From: the human T2T-CHM13v2.0 reference genome, Homo sapiens
Length of the DNA stretch: 64,000 nucleotides
Direction: 5' to 3' (one strand)
Assembly (NCBI RefSeq): GCF_009914755.1
Contig: NC_060932.1
A model generated the notes under the pieces. That model worked only from the letters and a program-made list of their open reading frames with translations. It searched no databases and had not been told where the DNA came from. The position numbers were made by a program, and so were the translations under genes. Numbering within the stretch: the first letter of the stretch is position 1; each line of letters begins with the position of its first letter. Positions 61,802 to 64,000 of the stretch are shown piece after piece.

Positions 61802-63829
61802 CTAAGGACAGGCCAGGGCGGCGGGAGAGGCGGACCGGTGGCGTGGCTGGATCTGGGCGCGCTGTCGGACCTTCCACATCACCAGCTGCAGGCAGGCGTT
61901 TGCGTCCTCGCTGGAGTTGTGGCCGTCCTGGCTGTCCTGGATGATCTGTGCCAGGTAGTCGGCTGCGAGATTCCTGAGGGAGCGCTTGTAGGGGAAACCC
62001 AGGTAGTGCGGGAAGAGCACGGCCGTGTCCACCACGGTGCTGTGGATGAGCTTCAGGGCCAGCAGGTCGCTCTCCAGGCTGTGCCCGATGAGGATGGTTT
62101 GGGCGCTGAAAAAGCTCAGCAGGATGGCTTGGACTTGGGGCAACGTGATGCTCGTCTTGGCGACGTCGGCCTCGGTGACTCCGGAAAACCTGGTGTTGTA
62201 GTCCACGATCTCGTTGTCGGGCTTGACGAAGGTGTCGTACACCACTCGCATGTCGGCGTCCACCACGGTGACGCGGGTCAGCTCTAGGCCATGCGTGGTG
62301 TAGCACATCTCACAGTCCAAGGCGTAGATTCCTGGATAAGCGTCTCTGGACAACTCTTTCTTGAAGGTCTCCACGAAGCCATCGAGGCTCTCCTTGCGGC
62401 CGTCCCGCACGTGCTGCTTTGCCACCTGGCAGCCCACAGAGCCAGGAGCAGCTGCACAGCAGGTGTACTGGCTAACCCGGCCTCCAGCCACCTGGCTCGA
62501 GCGGACCCGCCCCCAGTGATAATAACACAACTGGTCGCGTACACAGCGGCCCGAGGAGGACACCAGGTACTCGGTGCCACAACGGCAGCAGACCCTGCAG
62601 GAGGAGTCGCCGGGCCCCTTCCCCTGGCCAGTGAAGAGGACGGCGCCTCCGGGCCGCTCGGGGTGCGGGAAGGGGTAGCCGTTCTCCTTGAGCTGGTCCT
62701 GGGTGAGCAGGAACTCCTGGAGGCGGCTGTACAGGGCGGCCCTGCTGAGGCCGGGCATGGAGCTGGGGGTCAGGCCCTTCAGTCTCTTGAGGGTGTTCAG
62801 GACCACGTTCAGGTACCTGTTCTTGTTGGGGCTGCAGTCGTAGGCCACCTTCTCCTCGTTCAGCGCCTTCTCCTCGGCCTCCTGCTTGGAGGCGCAGAAC
62901 TTGAGACACTCTTCGGTGAACAGTTGGAGATAGCCTCGGCGGAGGACGGTGGGGACTTGGCACCCAGAGCTTCGGAGGATAATGGGTTTCTTCAAACTCA
63001 AACTCGGTAAGGATGCACGACGGACGATTCGCTTAGAGCTGGTGGTGGCGGTGGTCTTGCATGCCATCCCTGACCTGTTGCGCGTCTTCCCTGGCTGTCT
63101 GCCGACCTTGGAGCCACGGGAGCGTTGGCTGCTGCTGGCCACCCGGGTTCTCTTGGCATCTGTGTAACCTGTGACCAAGCAAGGGCTGGAAGAGTGGGCG
63201 ATCGTCTTCCTCTTCCTGGGGGCTGAGATGCGGACTCCCGAGGGCCTCTCTGTCAGCCTTGGGGCGGCTGGCAAGCGGCAGGCCGATCCCCTCTGCGCAG
63301 GGAAGTAGCACGACTCCGTCACCATCTTGGGCCACGCTGGGGGCACCGCCGGACCCCTGTTCTGGGGCTCCGCCTGGATGTCCACAAATGCTGAGGCCTG
63401 CTTGTGCATCTGGGGCACCCAGAGCCCGAAGCTCTGGGCAGGCTGATGAGAGGGCAGTGGGAATTCTGGAGCCTCGAGGGCCGCCTCCTCGGCCACCTTC
63501 TTAGCTTCTGGGTATCCAGGTGGGAACCAGCAGGGAGCTGTGGCTCGCAACATCTTGCTGCCTTCGGGAGCACCGGCCGGGCTCTGCTCCGCTCCCAAAT
63601 GGCGGCTTGCCTCCGGGGCCGCCTCCTTGGCCACCTTCTTAGCTTCTGGGTATCCAGGGCGGAACCAGCAGGGAGCTGTGGCTCGCAACATCTTGCTGCC
63701 TTCGGGAGCACCGGCCTGGCTCTGCTCCCCTCCCAAATGGCGGCTTGCCTCCAGGGCCGCCTCCTCGGCCACCTTCTTAGCTTCTGGGTATCCAGGGGGG
63801 AACCAGCAGGGAGCTGTGGCTCGCAACAT
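61802..63829 (-). CDS. REXO1L1: REXO1-like exonuclease, copy 6 (675 aa; synonymous GCG>GCA at 61964)
   Basis: Translation identical to copy 1. Confidence 0.9.
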   Translation of the reverse strand: MLRATAPCWFPPGYPEAKKVAEEAALEASRHLGGEQSQAGAPEGSKMLRATAPCWFRPGYPEAKKVAKEAAPEASRHLGAEQSPAGAPEGSKMLRATAPCWFPPGYPEAKKVAEEAALEAPEFPLPSHQPAQSFGLWVPQMHKQASAFVDIQAEPQNRGPAVPPAWPKMVTESCYFPAQRGSACRLPAAPRLTERPSGVRISAPRKRKTIAHSSSPCLVTGYTDAKRTRVASSSQRSRGSKVGRQPGKTRNRSGMACKTTATTSSKRIVRRASLPSLSLKKPIILRSSGCQVPTVLRRGYLQLFTEECLKFCASKQEAEEKALNEEKVAYDCSPNKNRYLNVVLNTLKRLKGLTPSSMPGLSRAALYSRLQEFLLTQDQLKENGYPFPHPERPGGAVLFTGQGKGPGDSSCRVCCRCGTEYLVSSSGRCVRDQLCYYHWGRVRSSQVAGGRVSQYTCCAAAPGSVGCQVAKQHVRDGRKESLDGFVETFKKELSRDAYPGIYALDCEMCYTTHGLELTRVTVVDADMRVVYDTFVKPDNEIVDYNTRFSGVTEADVAKTSITLPQVQAILLSFFSAQTILIGHSLESDLLALKLIHSTVVDTAVLFPHYLGFPYKRSLRNLAADYLAQIIQDSQDGHNSSEDANACLQLVMWKVRQRAQIQPRHRSASPAALACP

Positions 63830-63885
63830 CTTGCTGCCTTCGGGAGCACCGGCCTGGCTCTGCTCCTCTCCCAACTGGCGGCTTC

Positions 63886-64000
63886 AATGAGTGCTGCGGC
63901 CGCCACTTGTCGCCTTTATATAGGCACAGGGCAGACTGGGTGGGACTTCTCCTTGATAGGTTGGTGCTTCAGTCCAATCACACTGAGCCTCATCTTCCAC
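63886..64000 (-). promoter_or_regulatory. Putative promoter, copy 6 (partial; the window ends)
   Basis: TTTATATAGG and CCAAT are present; the DUX4-type site would fall just beyond the window. Confidence 0.65.

Overview
Primate (very probably human) genomic DNA from the ~12.2-kb REXO1L1/GOR macrosatellite, known from 8q21.2; the locus is recognised from the protein, not from a search. The window is made entirely of a 12,190-bp unit. Units run on the + strand up to about 32,498, then switch orientation at a single junction (32,496-32,498), giving a tail-to-tail palindrome with arms of at least 28.5 kb around a 2,977-bp spacer. Each unit carries: an intronless REXO1-like DEDDh exonuclease ORF (675 aa from the first ATG; 629 aa in copy 4, which lost one 138-bp coding repeat) in a CpG island; a CCAAT/CACCC/TATA/Inr promoter with a DUX4-type motif; an HSMAR2 remnant; a 5'-truncated L1PA with an 11-bp TSD inserted into a MIR; older L1M fragments; and two Alus. 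Main observations: (1) all catalytic residues are intact and the gene region is almost invariant across six copies while the flanking repeats vary; (2) DUX4-like sites sit upstream of the gene; (3) the inversion junction looks like a fold-back; (4) the embedded L1 appears to have gained CpGs, the reverse of normal decay; (5) an in-frame 108-codon GOR-epitope extension lies behind a TAG shared by all six copies; (6) variant patterns point to conversion between copies. All comparisons were made by eye, and repeat consensus sequences were recalled from memory.
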